From Oopsacas minuta (Eukaryota; Animalia; Porifera): DNA of 64,000 nt. Shown here piece after piece: positions 12,965 to 24,388 of the stretch. The notes below the pieces were generated by a model that worked only from the letters and a program-made list of their open reading frames with translations, was not told the origin of the DNA and searched no databases. Both the position numbers and the translations under genes were made by a program. Position 1 is the first letter of the stretch, and every line of letters begins with the position of its first letter. The stretch is from assembly GCA_024704765.1 (NCBI GenBank), contig JAKMXF010000012.1:42397-106396 (forward strand). The letters are read 5' to 3'.

Positions 12965-15900
12965 TCACCAAATGAATGGTGATCGTTCTCTAATTAACCT
13001 AACACCGCTATTAATCCATTCTTCTCTCTTTATCCATACCTCACTGAATATGTCGAGTGATGCCACTATTCTGCCACCTGTCCAGCTTAGTTTTGATATG
13101 TCACCTTCTCGTGGAGGTGTGAAAATCTCAACTTGTAGCTTTTTTAGAGCAGAAGGCAAAGTTTCCTAAAATGTTCAAAGTAACATACAGTCAGCTCCTG
13201 TTATATCTAAGCTCAAGGGACCGTAATAATAATTTCCATGTAATCCGATGGAATATTTGTTACTTTGACGGTTTGGGACCATATTTGTACAATTCACACT
13301 TCGAGATAAGCAGGTATTTCTATATATCCATATTAGATATAACAGGAATTGACTAATATACCTTGAGTCTATTCTGCAGGAAACTTAAACTCTTTGGGAA
13401 CTGAAACCCAGCTCCCGTTATAACTATATTCTTATATATTTTCTGTTTATTCTGTTCATTAGAACAGTTTATTGATAAATGTATTGCTTCTTCAATACTC
13501 AATAGTTTTGCTTTAGTATCTGCTCCACCAATAGATTTCGTGTTTAGAAGCTTGGTTATTAGTGGCAGCTGTAGTTCTGTTTCTTGCTCGTCAATATGCG
13601 TACCTACGGTATAAATACGAATATTTTATTTGTCAGTAGACTCTGCCTAATAGAACCACCGGGTAATCAGGTCACTTAGCCAGAAATGACCTATAGCCAG
13701 TGGTTCTCAAACCCCTGAAGACTCATACGAGGTTAGAATTCAAACTTATTTCCTTAAGTACAGCCATCTTAATTCTGATACCATATGACATCCGTTTACA
13801 ACCTGAACCATGGAGGACAGCAAGTTGTCCACTGGACCTCAAATATGGGAGGATACACATAATGTGTTATAATTAGTATAGGGGTACACGTGTTGAAACG
13901 GTTAGGAATGTTAGTTTGTAGAAAAGGACAAGTGTGAATATAATAATTTAATAAATAATAAACAAACAAGTAAATAACAACAACAATAATATAATTAATA
14001 TATATTTATTACATTATCACTCAAACTAGCACAAATAATATCAAAGTTATTATTAACAATAATTCCTGTAGGTTTATTACATGTAATATTGTGTATCAGC
14101 TGTCCATCTTTAGTAAATATATTAATTGAATTTCCACAACAATCGCTAATAATAATATTATTATACAAATCAAAACACATATGAATATATCTTTCTCCAT
14201 TTTCTAATTTTATGAAACTTTTCAATAAATCACCTGATTTAGAGAATATGTGTATATTATTAATCTCATTATTGTCTGCTACAAATATATTATTATTATT
14301 TATTTTGACGTCACGCGGATTTATAAGTTTGTCTTTTCCTATTTCTCTAATATATTTTAAATCAGAGCTGAATACTGCAATTATATTATTACGATAATCT
14401 GCAACTAACACTTCTCCATTTGTGTCAGTTGTTAGACCAAAAGGGAAACTAACACCTTTCTTAACACTCTTAATTAATTTATAATTTATTTTAGAGAATT
14501 TATATATAGCATTAAGTCCCCTATCACTTATAAACACCCATTCCTTATATAATGCTATACCGTATGGATGCCATAGCTCCCCTTTACCAAATTCATGAAT
14601 GAACTTACCCTCTGTAGAGAAGATCTGTATTCTAATATTGATTGTATCTGCTATATAGATCTTATCTCCATCTAGAGCTAGTCCATGAGGGTAATTCAGC
14701 TCTCCTTTCTCACTTCCAGGTTTTCCTATCCTTCTGATTGGCTCAATCTTGTTTCTGTATAGTCCAGCTATTTCCTGAATAGACCCCAACTTCTCCAGCT
14801 GTTCTAGGAGAGAGTCTAGACCCTCAGTATTGAAGGAAAGGATTGGGATAGGTGTTTCTATTTCGTATTTCTTTTGTTCTTTTTTCCAATTCTTTATTTG
14901 ATCTTCTTGGAGCTTTACTACTTCATTCTGTTGAATGGTAGTTTCCATTAATTGTCTGATCATCTTCTCCAGGTCTGCTAATTGTTTCTTTCTTGTATTC
15001 TCCTTTCTTAGATGGTCCTGCTTCATATCGAACAGCTGGACAAGCAGCTGATCTTTCCTCTCTGTCGCAATCCGAATAATCTTCTCGAAGGTGGAATTGA
15101 TCAGCTGTTCCGTTAGTTCGAAAGGGTTCATAGGAATTTCATCTGAGTATTTGGTGGCCATTTGTTTGTTAGTCTGTTTATGATTATTCTCATTTACAGA
15201 CTGTATTTATACAAATTCATACATTCATTATTCAGGTGTTAAGTGATGAAATAGAAACTTACAACTAATCACATTTCCTTAAACTCTACCACGAGACTAT
15301 TGTCTCACAGAATTACGTATGTGTTAGATCAGATGGCTTTCAATATGTAAATTAGTTCCAGTTATAACTAGCCACATTCCTTGTATAGAATTAGTTGCTA
15401 TGCTGTATTAGCTAACAGTTCCAATTTGTGTAGAATTTAATAATCTAAGAAGTTTGCATTTTAAGTAATATTTCGTTGTTTATTATTATTTATTCGTATT
15501 TGTTACTAGTAAACAATCCCTAATTATTCACATATACAATTTCCGGTGGCTATACTTCCTGTGACGTAATATCTGTTTGCTATTACATGTGTTGTCAGCA
15601 TTTTTATCGTTTCTTCAATTCTACTTTAATATTCTATAATACTTATTGTTTCAATTCATTCTATAATCTTAAAGAATGGAAATTTCTGTTCGTATTAGCG
15701 ACGGTGTATGTATGTCACCAATTTACTCTTTTAGACTCCAATAGAGACTGTCCAAGCCCCAGCCCCAGCGTCACAACCCCCTCTCCCTCCTATACCGACA
15801 CAGCAACCAATTGATGACCCAGAGGCTCTGTACGAAGAACCACCAGTAACCCAAGAGTAAGATTAGTTATTTCACACAGTGTAACCTCTATAAACGGAGT

Positions 15901-18900
15901 CCCAGAGACGCCGAAAATGCTACACCGTATGTGGAGGTTACACTATACACATGACTCCTGTTATTATTTCTTAATATATATCATGACAACCATATTGGGA
16001 TTAGGAATGTATTTCAAACAATCATTTACAGTATTTCACCTCTCAAATCTGATTGGCTACCTTTTAAGTTGTATGTGAATATTTCGCTTGAAAATTCTAA
16101 AGCTTTATTTGCCATAAGGTGTTAAGTATTTGTGCTACACCTTCACCCACGGAACCCCTGCCACTAAACAACATATTGAATTATTGATCCTCACATCCTG
16201 TATTAATTTGGATCAAGTGTTAAACACTTTGGGTCCTTCATGGCTGCTGAACTAGCCTTTTAGATACCCACCAAACACCTAGATAAAATACGGACCCCAG
16301 GGAGAAGACCACTGCTCTATGGGGGTCCTTGTTCCAATCCCCTAAAAGTAATTTCTCGGATTATACAACTAAATATTAACCTGAAACCAAATCTTTCTTA
16401 GTTTCCAATAGATTCATGTCATCAAGATAATCTTCAGAATGTGGCTGCTGTATTTTATGAGATATACAATTATCACCAGTAACCATGGTAATGAAACTAG
16501 GACAAAAGAATGTTAGTGGCGCTAATATTGGCTCATCATATAGAAATATCCTAAATTGTATTGCATTTGAATCTGGTGGATTCACACGGAATGGATATTC
16601 TTTCACGCCTGTTAGTTCCATATCCAAGTGGCACATATCTTCTTTCAACTCATCCATCAGACATCTGTCCACACGGTCTGTGATGTCCCAATTCTTGTAA
16701 GGAAAACCTAAATGAATAGTAGTACGATGAATAGCGAATATTTTGGCGAGAGTTCATTTGATTATTATTCTATTGAATTTGATATAGTCAACTCCAGTGA
16801 TATAGAAATACCCGCTCCTAAACCGTCAAAGGTAACAAATATTCTATCAGTTATATCGAGTAATTATCACGGTCCCTTGAGCTTCGATATGACAGGAGTT
16901 GACTGTCCAATTAATATTTCAAAATCCTACAACCTGATTGCTTGATGAGCCACCAGAAAGCCCGCGTGACGTCATTCCCTCCATAATTAAGTCTCAATCT
17001 AGTGTTAGGATTTGAAATTCCATCTTCCACACAACACACACTAATAGTCTGATCGCCTACATCTACAATACAACCAGAACTAATACCAGAACTATACATA
17101 GCACATACCGAGCTCTGTTGTATAGCAACCGAGCCGAACTTCAATCTGGTTAGTAGTACATCTACCATACTCTTCACTTCTCTGTGAAAAACAGCTGATT
17201 AAGCTAGTAATTTGTCAGCAAAATTCGACGGACAAAATCGTATATTTTCGTTTCTAGTTGGCTGAATATTTTCATATCCTTGGCAGCCAGTTTTTGTCAA
17301 ATTTATGTTACAGAAAGGCCAGAAAATGATTTTTTGGACAATAGTACAAGTTCCTCAAGTCTATGGGACATGTGGAACGATAACCTGATGCACTGGGTGT
17401 CTGGCCATGTTGGAGTATTAGGAATGATCCAATGATGACCCTCTCTAATTATCAATTACAGCCAACTCCCATTATATCAAAGCTCAAGGGACCGTGATAA
17501 TTACTCGATATAACCGAGGAATATATGTTATTTTGACGGTTTGTGACCATATTAGTACAATTCACACCTCAATATAAGCAGGTAATTCAATATATCCATG
17601 TTAGATATAACAGGAGTTGAAATATAACTCACGTTCTATCAAACAAATCTGGAATTAACAAGAGTACTTTATACTCTCCAAATTCATTTATGCCACATAA
17701 ATCTGCCACCACGCGCCCCCAAATATCCTCCAAACTTTGTAACACCATTTCATGTGATTGTGTCGCTGTTACATTAAATCTCCCGCGTTTTATTGGCCAA
17801 TGTATTGAGTATGGCGCCTTTTTTGATAAATGTAGCGCGTCTTCTCCAATATAGAATTTATTCGGCGGATTTATAACTGTTGAAGTTATCTCTGAAGGTT
17901 CTGATAATTCCGTTGGGGCAATTGTCTCGTTCTTTTCACGTAACCTTTTGTAAACAAACAAGTAAATAAATAAACAATAAACAAACAAACAAACAGTTAC
18001 CTTTTAGGTAGTACTGTATTTGTTGTTTTAGTTCTCACTTCTTGTATGAAACTTAACAGCTCTCCTAAATGTTCCTCTCTCCACTCGTTATATTTGTTTA
18101 TATTCTCTTCTTCAAGATTATATAGCAATGTTTCGTCGACGGTTTCACCTAAATGAATACAGCAGAGACCGGTTATAAGAACACCCTTAGGAGTAGCAAT
18201 ACAAGTTCTCATAACCGGTTAAGATTCCGTGTATGACTATCAGCAAATGACTTAGCATCCTGAAAAAATGTTTCGGGAAGAGGACAGTTTTCGAGATATG
18301 ATTATGCTAAGTGGTTGTGTCACTTCCAATTGCAACAAGGTACCTCAGAATGTTCTCCTCCCGAAAATAATGTCTCAGGACGCTACGTCATGGATAGAGT
18401 AGAGTACCTATTGCCTCATAAGTTGGAAATTATTAATAATTCTACACACATGTCTATACATACAAATCTAATAGGAATAATACAATCTATACGCGAGATT
18501 CTGATTGGCTCTTGAGATGAAGCGGGCAATTTAATAAGAATATGCATACGCGTGATTTTCTATATAATAGAGAATTTGTGTGAAGTTTAATATTTGTAAT
18601 TCTATCTTTTGTATTCTTACATTGTGACCCTTATAGGGTACAGATTTTTGTTAATAATACATGGTAGGATTTGGTCACTGGCGTCGTGTGGTTTGTAATA
18701 CCAGTAGTATAGTATGGTGTCTGAAAGCATCCAGTGAAACTCCTGGTAGATGAAAAATTTGATTTGCAATTGGCACAGAAATTTCATATATGGAGAATAC
18801 TTTTGGGAGCTAGCCCCCCCCCCCCCACTTGCCGTATGGCACGACGCCACTGTTGTATTCAGAAGCTTCAGAAACCTGGGTTAATGGACCCTTGGTGGTC

Positions 18901-20262
18901 CACAGAATGTGTTACAATTAGTAATATATTCAGCTTCCTAATATATCTGATATTAATTTAATATTAATTAGAATTTTAATCAACAACTATTGATTGGTAT
19001 ATCAGTATCAGTTATGTATTGTAACACCTATTGAATAGAATGAGTTTTCATTTACAAATTATAAATGCGTCAATCCAATTCAAAACAGGGAATAATTATC
19101 AAATTCTTAGAAGGAAAATCCATTCATGAATGATTAATTACAAAATCTATTACACATGTTTACATCATGAGAACTATTAGCTTATTTCGGACTATTCGAG
19201 GGTATCCACAAGAAGTGTTAAATTAGTATAAAGGGTCCACGGGGTGCAAATTCGATACATTATCGTTAATCTACGATTCTCACATTCTGAATTTCAGTTA
19301 GAAAAGTGTTTGTTTTAAATATTTTAGAGTAATTATATGAAAGTAAAATTGAAATAAGAGCTAAAGGGAAATATTATTCCAAATAGTCCAAAATATGAGA
19401 ATAGATAAAAGACTAAATTACATTTCAAAGTTTTGTATAAATGATGGGTGCATTTTAAGAGATTAATTTCAATTGAATTAACTTTCAATATTTTCTGCAA
19501 ACGTTAATATTATGTAACTAAATTTGTGATTATTCAATATTATTAGAATTGGAAGTTTATTAAACTCTCAATCCAAAAATAATACAATATCACCTTATAT
19601 TGATTATACATATGTATAATCACGTTATATTGTATAATTTATATTTATTTATAACTCATAAAATAATTGATTTGCAGCAAAGTTTAGGCATTTGTGTATA
19701 ATTTAAAAATTACCCTACAGTTAGTTGGAAATTGTTTCAGCTCCACCGCCTGCATCAAGTTTACCTGTCACATGAATTTTGTCATTATTTCACTATTTTA
19801 TCAGTGAAATTCAAATATACAATATATTTACTAACTAACGAGTGAATAGCAGTAACAGACCTCCTTTAACACGCTTAATTATACATATTTAGAAGTAGAA
19901 TCATTGAAATATTTTCCATGAATTGGACAGTTTGTATTATGATGACGTCATATCATAATGAGATATGAAATGCCCTCAGATAGACACATGTGGAGCTGAA
20001 ACAAGTTTCTCATTGACAGGGGTCTTATTAACCTACTTTTACTTCTTTGCTTATAAGCAATGACATGCGGAATTACTTCTGGAACTGAGTCCGTAACTCT
20101 TCCCAGTCTAAGGTTAGCAGATCCGATCTGTAACACCAGGACCAATTTAGCCTCATTCTCAGCTCCGAATTTGATTGGGTCAGAGGACTGATTGGATTCA
20201 ATGAATTCTGTAGCTGAATCCATGAAATTTGGTTCACTTGAAGCTATTTCATATTCAGCCAT
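12965..20262 (-). CDS. ACTR8: Actin-related protein 8 (INO80 complex), 7 exons: 20262-about 20036, 18148-18001, 17944-17633, 17181-16934, 16707-16381, 13603-13362, 13165-12965
   Basis: Motifs matching ARP8: VLQIGSANLRLGRVTDSVPEVIPHVIA, IGEDAL..HWPIKRGRFN, SSGCIVDVGDQTISVCCVEDG, YGGNDVTRAFWWL, C-terminal WIKREEW..GVRLIRERSPFIW*. Exon phases join consistently. Confidence 0.92.
13188..13355. mobile_element. About 168-bp Tc1/mariner-pogo-like MITE family A. Other copies about 4085-4200 (partial), 10290-10440, 16785-16905, 17459-17623, 63182-63348, 63477-63643, fragment about 1045-1075
   Basis: TIR CAGTCAACTCCTGTTATATC(T)AA and shared internal words AAGCTCAAGGGACCG and ATACCCGCT(C/T)ATATCGAAGTGTGAA. 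Confidence 0.85.
13995..15161 (-). CDS. Coiled-coil + NHL-repeat protein, copy 2, nested in ARP8 intron 5 on the same strand as ARP8
   Basis: Intact 388-aa ORF, about 86% identical to copy 1 at protein level by manual count. Confidence 0.88.
   Translation of the reverse strand: MATKYSDEIPMNPFELTEQLINSTFEKIIRIATERKDQLLVQLFDMKQDHLRKENTRKKQLADLEKMIRQLMETTIQQNEVVKLQEDQIKNWKKEQKKYEIETPIPILSFNTEGLDSLLEQLEKLGSIQEIAGLYRNKIEPIRRIGKPGSEKGELNYPHGLALDGDKIYIADTINIRIQIFSTEGKFIHEFGKGELWHPYGIALYKEWVFISDRGLNAIYKFSKINYKLIKSVKKGVSFPFGLTTDTNGEVLVADYRNNIIAVFSSDLKYIREIGKDKLINPRDVKINNNNIFVADNNEINNIHIFSKSGDLLKSFIKLENGERYIHMCFDLYNNIIISDCCGNSINIFTKDGQLIHNITCNKPTGIIVNNNFDIICASLSDNVINIY
15735..15856 (+). pseudogene. 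Orphan duplicate of cortactin exon 3723-3862 with an 18-nt in-frame deletion
   Basis: Near-identical sequence with AG acceptor and GTAAG donor retained. The deletion lies between ACAACCCC direct repeats. Confidence 0.8.
19720..20010. mobile_element. MITE family C (TIR core TTGTTTCAGCTCCAC). Copies at about 46618-46890 and 63885-64000 (internally deleted or truncated)
   Basis: Inverted TGTTTCAGCTCCAC / GTGGAGCTGAAACA ends and shared internal CCGCC(T/C)GCATCAA..TTGTCATTATTT. Confidence 0.75.
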
Positions 20263-20389
20263 TCCGGCTAAATTATACTTCCAGTTATATATTGGAACTA
20301 AGTGAAAATATATTATTTGTGTTTATTTAATGTTGTACACAATTAATTAAATGGAAAAATATATTTGCGAAAAGTATTTGGTCGAATTA

Positions 20390-21301
20390 TTAAAAAGCTT
20401 CAATCCCATTTTCACACTCAAAACTAGAACTTTTTGATTTGCTAAGAACCTTTCTGAATTTCTTTAAAACTTTTCGTGTGTCTTTGCCAGTTGTGGCACT
20501 AGTGGTGATAACTTTAACAAAGTGTCCTTGTTCCCTGATCTCATCAAGTTGCAGCAATTCTTCCAGTTCCAAACTGTTACGAGCTGTCGGCAAGTCTTGT
20601 TTGTTTGCCACTACCACAAGTGGCACGCTCCTCATTGTCCGATTTGACACTATTTTATGGAGGAGATTACGTGACTCTTGGATACGACACAATCTAGAAC
20701 TGTCCACCACCCACACTAAACAATCCGTGCCACTTAGATAATGCTTCCAAAGGTCTCGTGTGAGAGGACTACCCGAAACATCCCAGAGGGTGCAGGGGCG
20801 CCCGTCGAAATCTAATGACGTCACGTTATAAGCTATAGTCGGCTCATTGGGGACCTTCGTGTGTATTCCTTTCTTCGTCTCTCTGATTCTTTGGAAGAGA
20901 GTGCTCTTTCCTGCACCGTCTAGTCCTAGCATTAAAATTCTCTGTTTACGAGATGGGGTTATACTAATCAAATGTAAATCTGGCTGACTGGAAACTAATC
21001 TATGTCTGTTTGGAGTAAGTGAGTATAATTGCTGACATGATGAACGCATTCGTTGATAAGTTGGTGATTGCAGTTCGGGGGCAGATTGTGTGGTGTGAAG
21101 GCCTAATCGTATTTCAGGCGTGAGATTCGATTCATGGTAATTGTCCTCCAATTCGGGGCCGGATGTAGATTTCCTTTCAAGGATTTTTGCAATAAAGTGT
21201 TGGTCAGATTCGCACAAAGTTGTTGGAAAACCGTAAGTTGGTACATGATATTTTGGAGTAAATTCTTGATAACAATCCGTCTTGGATATTTCTTGTCCCA
21301 T
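20390..21301 (-). CDS. Atypical ARF/ARL small GTPase A with about 110-aa N-terminal extension; likely start MGQEISK at 21301
   Basis: G1 GLDGAGKST, PTIAYN, WDVSGS, NKQD, TSATTG; N-myristoylation-type MGxxxSK; intronless. Confidence 0.88.
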   Translation of the reverse strand: MGQEISKTDCYQEFTPKYHVPTYGFPTTLCESDQHFIAKILERKSTSGPELEDNYHESNLTPEIRLGLHTTQSAPELQSPTYQRMRSSCQQLYSLTPNRHRLVSSQPDLHLISITPSRKQRILMLGLDGAGKSTLFQRIRETKKGIHTKVPNEPTIAYNVTSLDFDGRPCTLWDVSGSPLTRDLWKHYLSGTDCLVWVVDSSRLCRIQESRNLLHKIVSNRTMRSVPLVVVANKQDLPTARNSLELEELLQLDEIREQGHFVKVITTSATTGKDTRKVLKKFRKVLSKSKSSSFECENGIEAF

Positions 21302-22158
21302 TTTGAATTTCAATTTTCGTTTGGCATTAGTAATCTCATTCTGTATTTATACTCTCATGAGATCATTTTTTCACTTCATGATATAGTATATTACGTTAAC
21401 CACTTATCTTTATTAATTATTGGAGAGAAATAGTATCAATACCTCGGGTGGTCATATAACATATTGCGTTGGATATATTCATCATAGATCTTACCTTAGC
21501 AACCAATCTCGTGGCTGGAATGTGACTCATTTACTACTAATTCGAAGTAAATCGTTTCTATTTTTGAACATTGATGTTGTTTCATAATTAAATCATATCT
21601 CATGTTTGCTTTCCTCAAAAATTAGAACACAACATTTCTGGCTACTTTGTTGCTAGGGAAGTAAGCGAATCCGGCATTCCCGATTTGCTTACATCCCCAG
21701 CAACGATAGACAATAAAAGAATATATGTTCTTCCCAAATTATTGCTTTCAACAAGATTTCTATGAGAAACAATCATGGTGCTAAAAATTCCGAAAATGCT
21801 ATCCGCTCTATTCATTGTTTTTTTGGTATTTAGATAGCGTTTATAAAAGATTCCTTACGTGGTTCTGTTCTTGACAACTAGACTCCATGTAAGGAATGTA
21901 TATTTCAACCCGAGAAGCAAACGTGATCAGCTGCAATAGGGTTTCATTATGAAAATACTATTAACAGTTCATAAAGCTAAGATATCAGAATTGATAATTA
22001 GAATGTTATAATTAAAATCCTGTGTCGAAAGGAAATATATTTTGACACAATTAAATTTGTCCACGATGTAAAATTCTCTTCAAAAATTACAATAAATGAC
22101 AAACAGATAAACAGATAAACAGATAAACAGATAAACACAACAACAGCAGGAAAAATAT

Positions 22159-22707
22159 TCAATATTCTGGAGAGACTTCTCTCTTACAATGTTGACAGGT
22201 TTGTTGATCAACAATGAAATAAGACTTCTGAGATTCCCATGAATTTCCACATGGACAGAAAAAAATACCAATATATTCTTCAGGAGGCTCCAAAGGTATT
22301 TCAGGTTCCGGTACCATAGTTTCAGTTTCAGTTTCCGTAAACATGGGTGTTAAATGGGCAGCAGTCTGGAACACGTTTAAGCTATCCATAAATTCTCTGT
22401 AAGTGGGGGAATTAGTGAAAGATACGTTGGTGATAGTTGGGCGAATTGATGAGGAATGTGCTCTTGGCACTGTTTGTCGCCTTTTAGGCTCAGAAACTTG
22501 AGATGTCCCGTCTGTACGTATTTTCAAAATATCTTGAAAGGGTGATTTACAAATTGGGCAGTATTGAGTTTGTTTGTTTCCCCTCCATTCCTTAATACAG
22601 GTTATACAAAACGTATGCATGCACTCAATTACCCCCTTTGTTCGTATCTTTGTTAAGCAAATTGGACATTCATTTGTTTCATTTAAAGTAGAACTTGCTT
22701 CGGCCAT
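22159..22707 (-). CDS. C3HC4 RING finger protein with a C-terminal Cys cluster resembling zf-3CxxC
   Basis: CPICLTK...CMHTFCITCI...CPIC. The C-terminus GIFFCPCGNSWES....QQTCQHCKREVSP fits the G.F.C..C...W.S....Q.C..C...V.P pattern of 3CxxC-type domains. Confidence 0.8.
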   Translation of the reverse strand: MAEASSTLNETNECPICLTKIRTKGVIECMHTFCITCIKEWRGNKQTQYCPICKSPFQDILKIRTDGTSQVSEPKRRQTVPRAHSSSIRPTITNVSFTNSPTYREFMDSLNVFQTAAHLTPMFTETETETMVPEPEIPLEPPEEYIGIFFCPCGNSWESQKSYFIVDQQTCQHCKREVSPEY

Positions 22708-23470
22708 TTTAAACCAATTCTAAAATTAGAAACATTGATTCATAGAATAATTAAACAATTACTTATTTGGTTTAATAGACTGATAAATAATAACAATATT
22801 GAAAGTAACTGGTTAATCATAATAAAATGACAATATATAACATTTGAGAATTCAACACATATTCTATGTGTCTTGATAAGTGAAGTCTTAACAATACTAA
22901 AATAACCAGAGATAATCTAGAATTTGAGATTTTTGAATTCAGGATTATTTTATATTTCTGCAACAAACCTATGAATGCAGCTTTTGGCATTAAAGTCACG
23001 GTTTCGGACAAATGTTGAGCATCATTTCGCGCCCAATAACATCCCAAAAAGTGGAAGTATCCCAGTAAAAATACAAGATTTCATAAAGCTATACCTTCAA
23101 AGTTGTTAGAAAATGATTTACATTCTTATTCTTAAAATATATACTAATTAGGGCAAACTATTATAATACAAAGTATAAACGCCTTTACAAGAGAGAGAAA
23201 CTCTAGAAAATCTTACAAATAATTACACAATCATTTTCAGTAAAATGAATAATTAGAATTTAGAATTTTCCAACAAAACAGGTAAAAATATACTTTTGTG
23301 TATAAACCAAAGAATAGAATAATATAAACCACTAATACATGATAATTGATTTGTAATTCATTTTTATGATTTCCAAGGAAGTTAAGCTCAAATATTGAAA
23401 GTTTATGTGTAACATTTACTACAAATACTGCAATAATTCATCAAAATATTAAACTGTAAAATATTGTAAA

Positions 23471-24388
23471 ATGGGTCAAGAATTTACTAAGACTGATACT
23501 ACTGTATTAAGAAAACGATCTTCCCAATCAGAATGCTCAGATTTGGAGGAAAATAGGCTTAAATACAGTCACGGGATATTAGATTACAAATATAAATTCA
23601 GCCACCCACTTATGGAGACGAGATCATATTCAAATCACCCAATACCTGACCGGAAATTCAGCCATCCAATTTTCTTAGACCATACACATGCTTCTAGCCA
23701 ATCAAACCAGTCACTGTTAGATAGTAGGCCTTCTTCTAGTCAATCAAATCACGGCTTTCTAGACATGTTCCCTTCATTATCGAATCCCCGCCTAAGATTA
23801 GTTTCCAGTCAGCCAGACTTGCATTTGATTGATCCACCTCGTAAACAGAGAATTTTAATGCTAGGACTAGACGGTGCAGGAAAGAGCACTCTCTTCCAAA
23901 GGATCAGAGAGACGAAGAAAGGAATACACACGAAGGTCCCCAATGAGCCGACTATAGCTTATAACGTGACGTCATTAGATTTCGACGGGCGCCCCTGCAC
24001 CCTCTGGGATGTTTCGGGTAGTCCTCTCACACGAGACCTTTGGAAGCATTATCTAAGTGGCACGGATTGTTTAGTGTGGGTGGTGGACAGTTCTAGATTG
24101 TGTCGTATCCAAGAGTCACGTGATCTCCTCCATAAAATAGTGTCAAATCAGACAATGAGGAGCGTGCCACTTGTGGTAGTGGCAAACAAACAAGACTTGC
24201 CGACAGCTCGTACCCTTTTAGAGCTCGAAGAAATGCTGCAACTTGATGAGATCAGAGAGCAAGGACACTTTGTTAAAGTTATCACCACTAGTGCCACAAC
24301 TGGCAAAGACACACGAAAAGTTTTAAAGAAATGCAAAAAAGTTCTTAGCAAATCAAAAAGTTCGAATTTCAATTCGGACATAAATTAA
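23471..24388 (+). CDS. Atypical ARF/ARL small GTPase B, inverted paralog of A
   Basis: Same G-motifs as A, MGQEFTK start, GTPase domain near-identical to A at DNA level. Confidence 0.88.
   Translation: MGQEFTKTDTTVLRKRSSQSECSDLEENRLKYSHGILDYKYKFSHPLMETRSYSNHPIPDRKFSHPIFLDHTHASSQSNQSLLDSRPSSSQSNHGFLDMFPSLSNPRLRLVSSQPDLHLIDPPRKQRILMLGLDGAGKSTLFQRIRETKKGIHTKVPNEPTIAYNVTSLDFDGRPCTLWDVSGSPLTRDLWKHYLSGTDCLVWVVDSSRLCRIQESRDLLHKIVSNQTMRSVPLVVVANKQDLPTARTLLELEEMLQLDEIREQGHFVKVITTSATTGKDTRKVLKKCKKVLSKSKSSNFNSDIN

Larger units (their letters stand above)
13698..16314. mobile_element. hAT-type MITE split by a captured about 2.4-kb host segment (Pack-TIR-like) in ARP8 intron 5
   Basis: Left end CAGTGGTTCTCAAACC (13698-13713). 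The MITE body resumes at about 16140 (TTCACCCACGGAACCCCT) and ends CGGACCCCAGGGAGAAGACCACTG (16291-16314). Both pieces resemble the intact MITE at 9901-9983. The interior 13715-about 16135 duplicates 1696-about 4005. Confidence 0.7.

Noticed and set aside
1345-18000. Strand bias of AAAC repeats in introns as a splicing signal
   Set aside because: Both AAAC and GTTT orientations occur on the sense strand of the same genes.
18617-18850. Exon-like stretch in ARP8 intron 1
   Set aside because: Its phases do not fit ARP8 exons 1 and 2, which join directly, and there is no recognisable homology.
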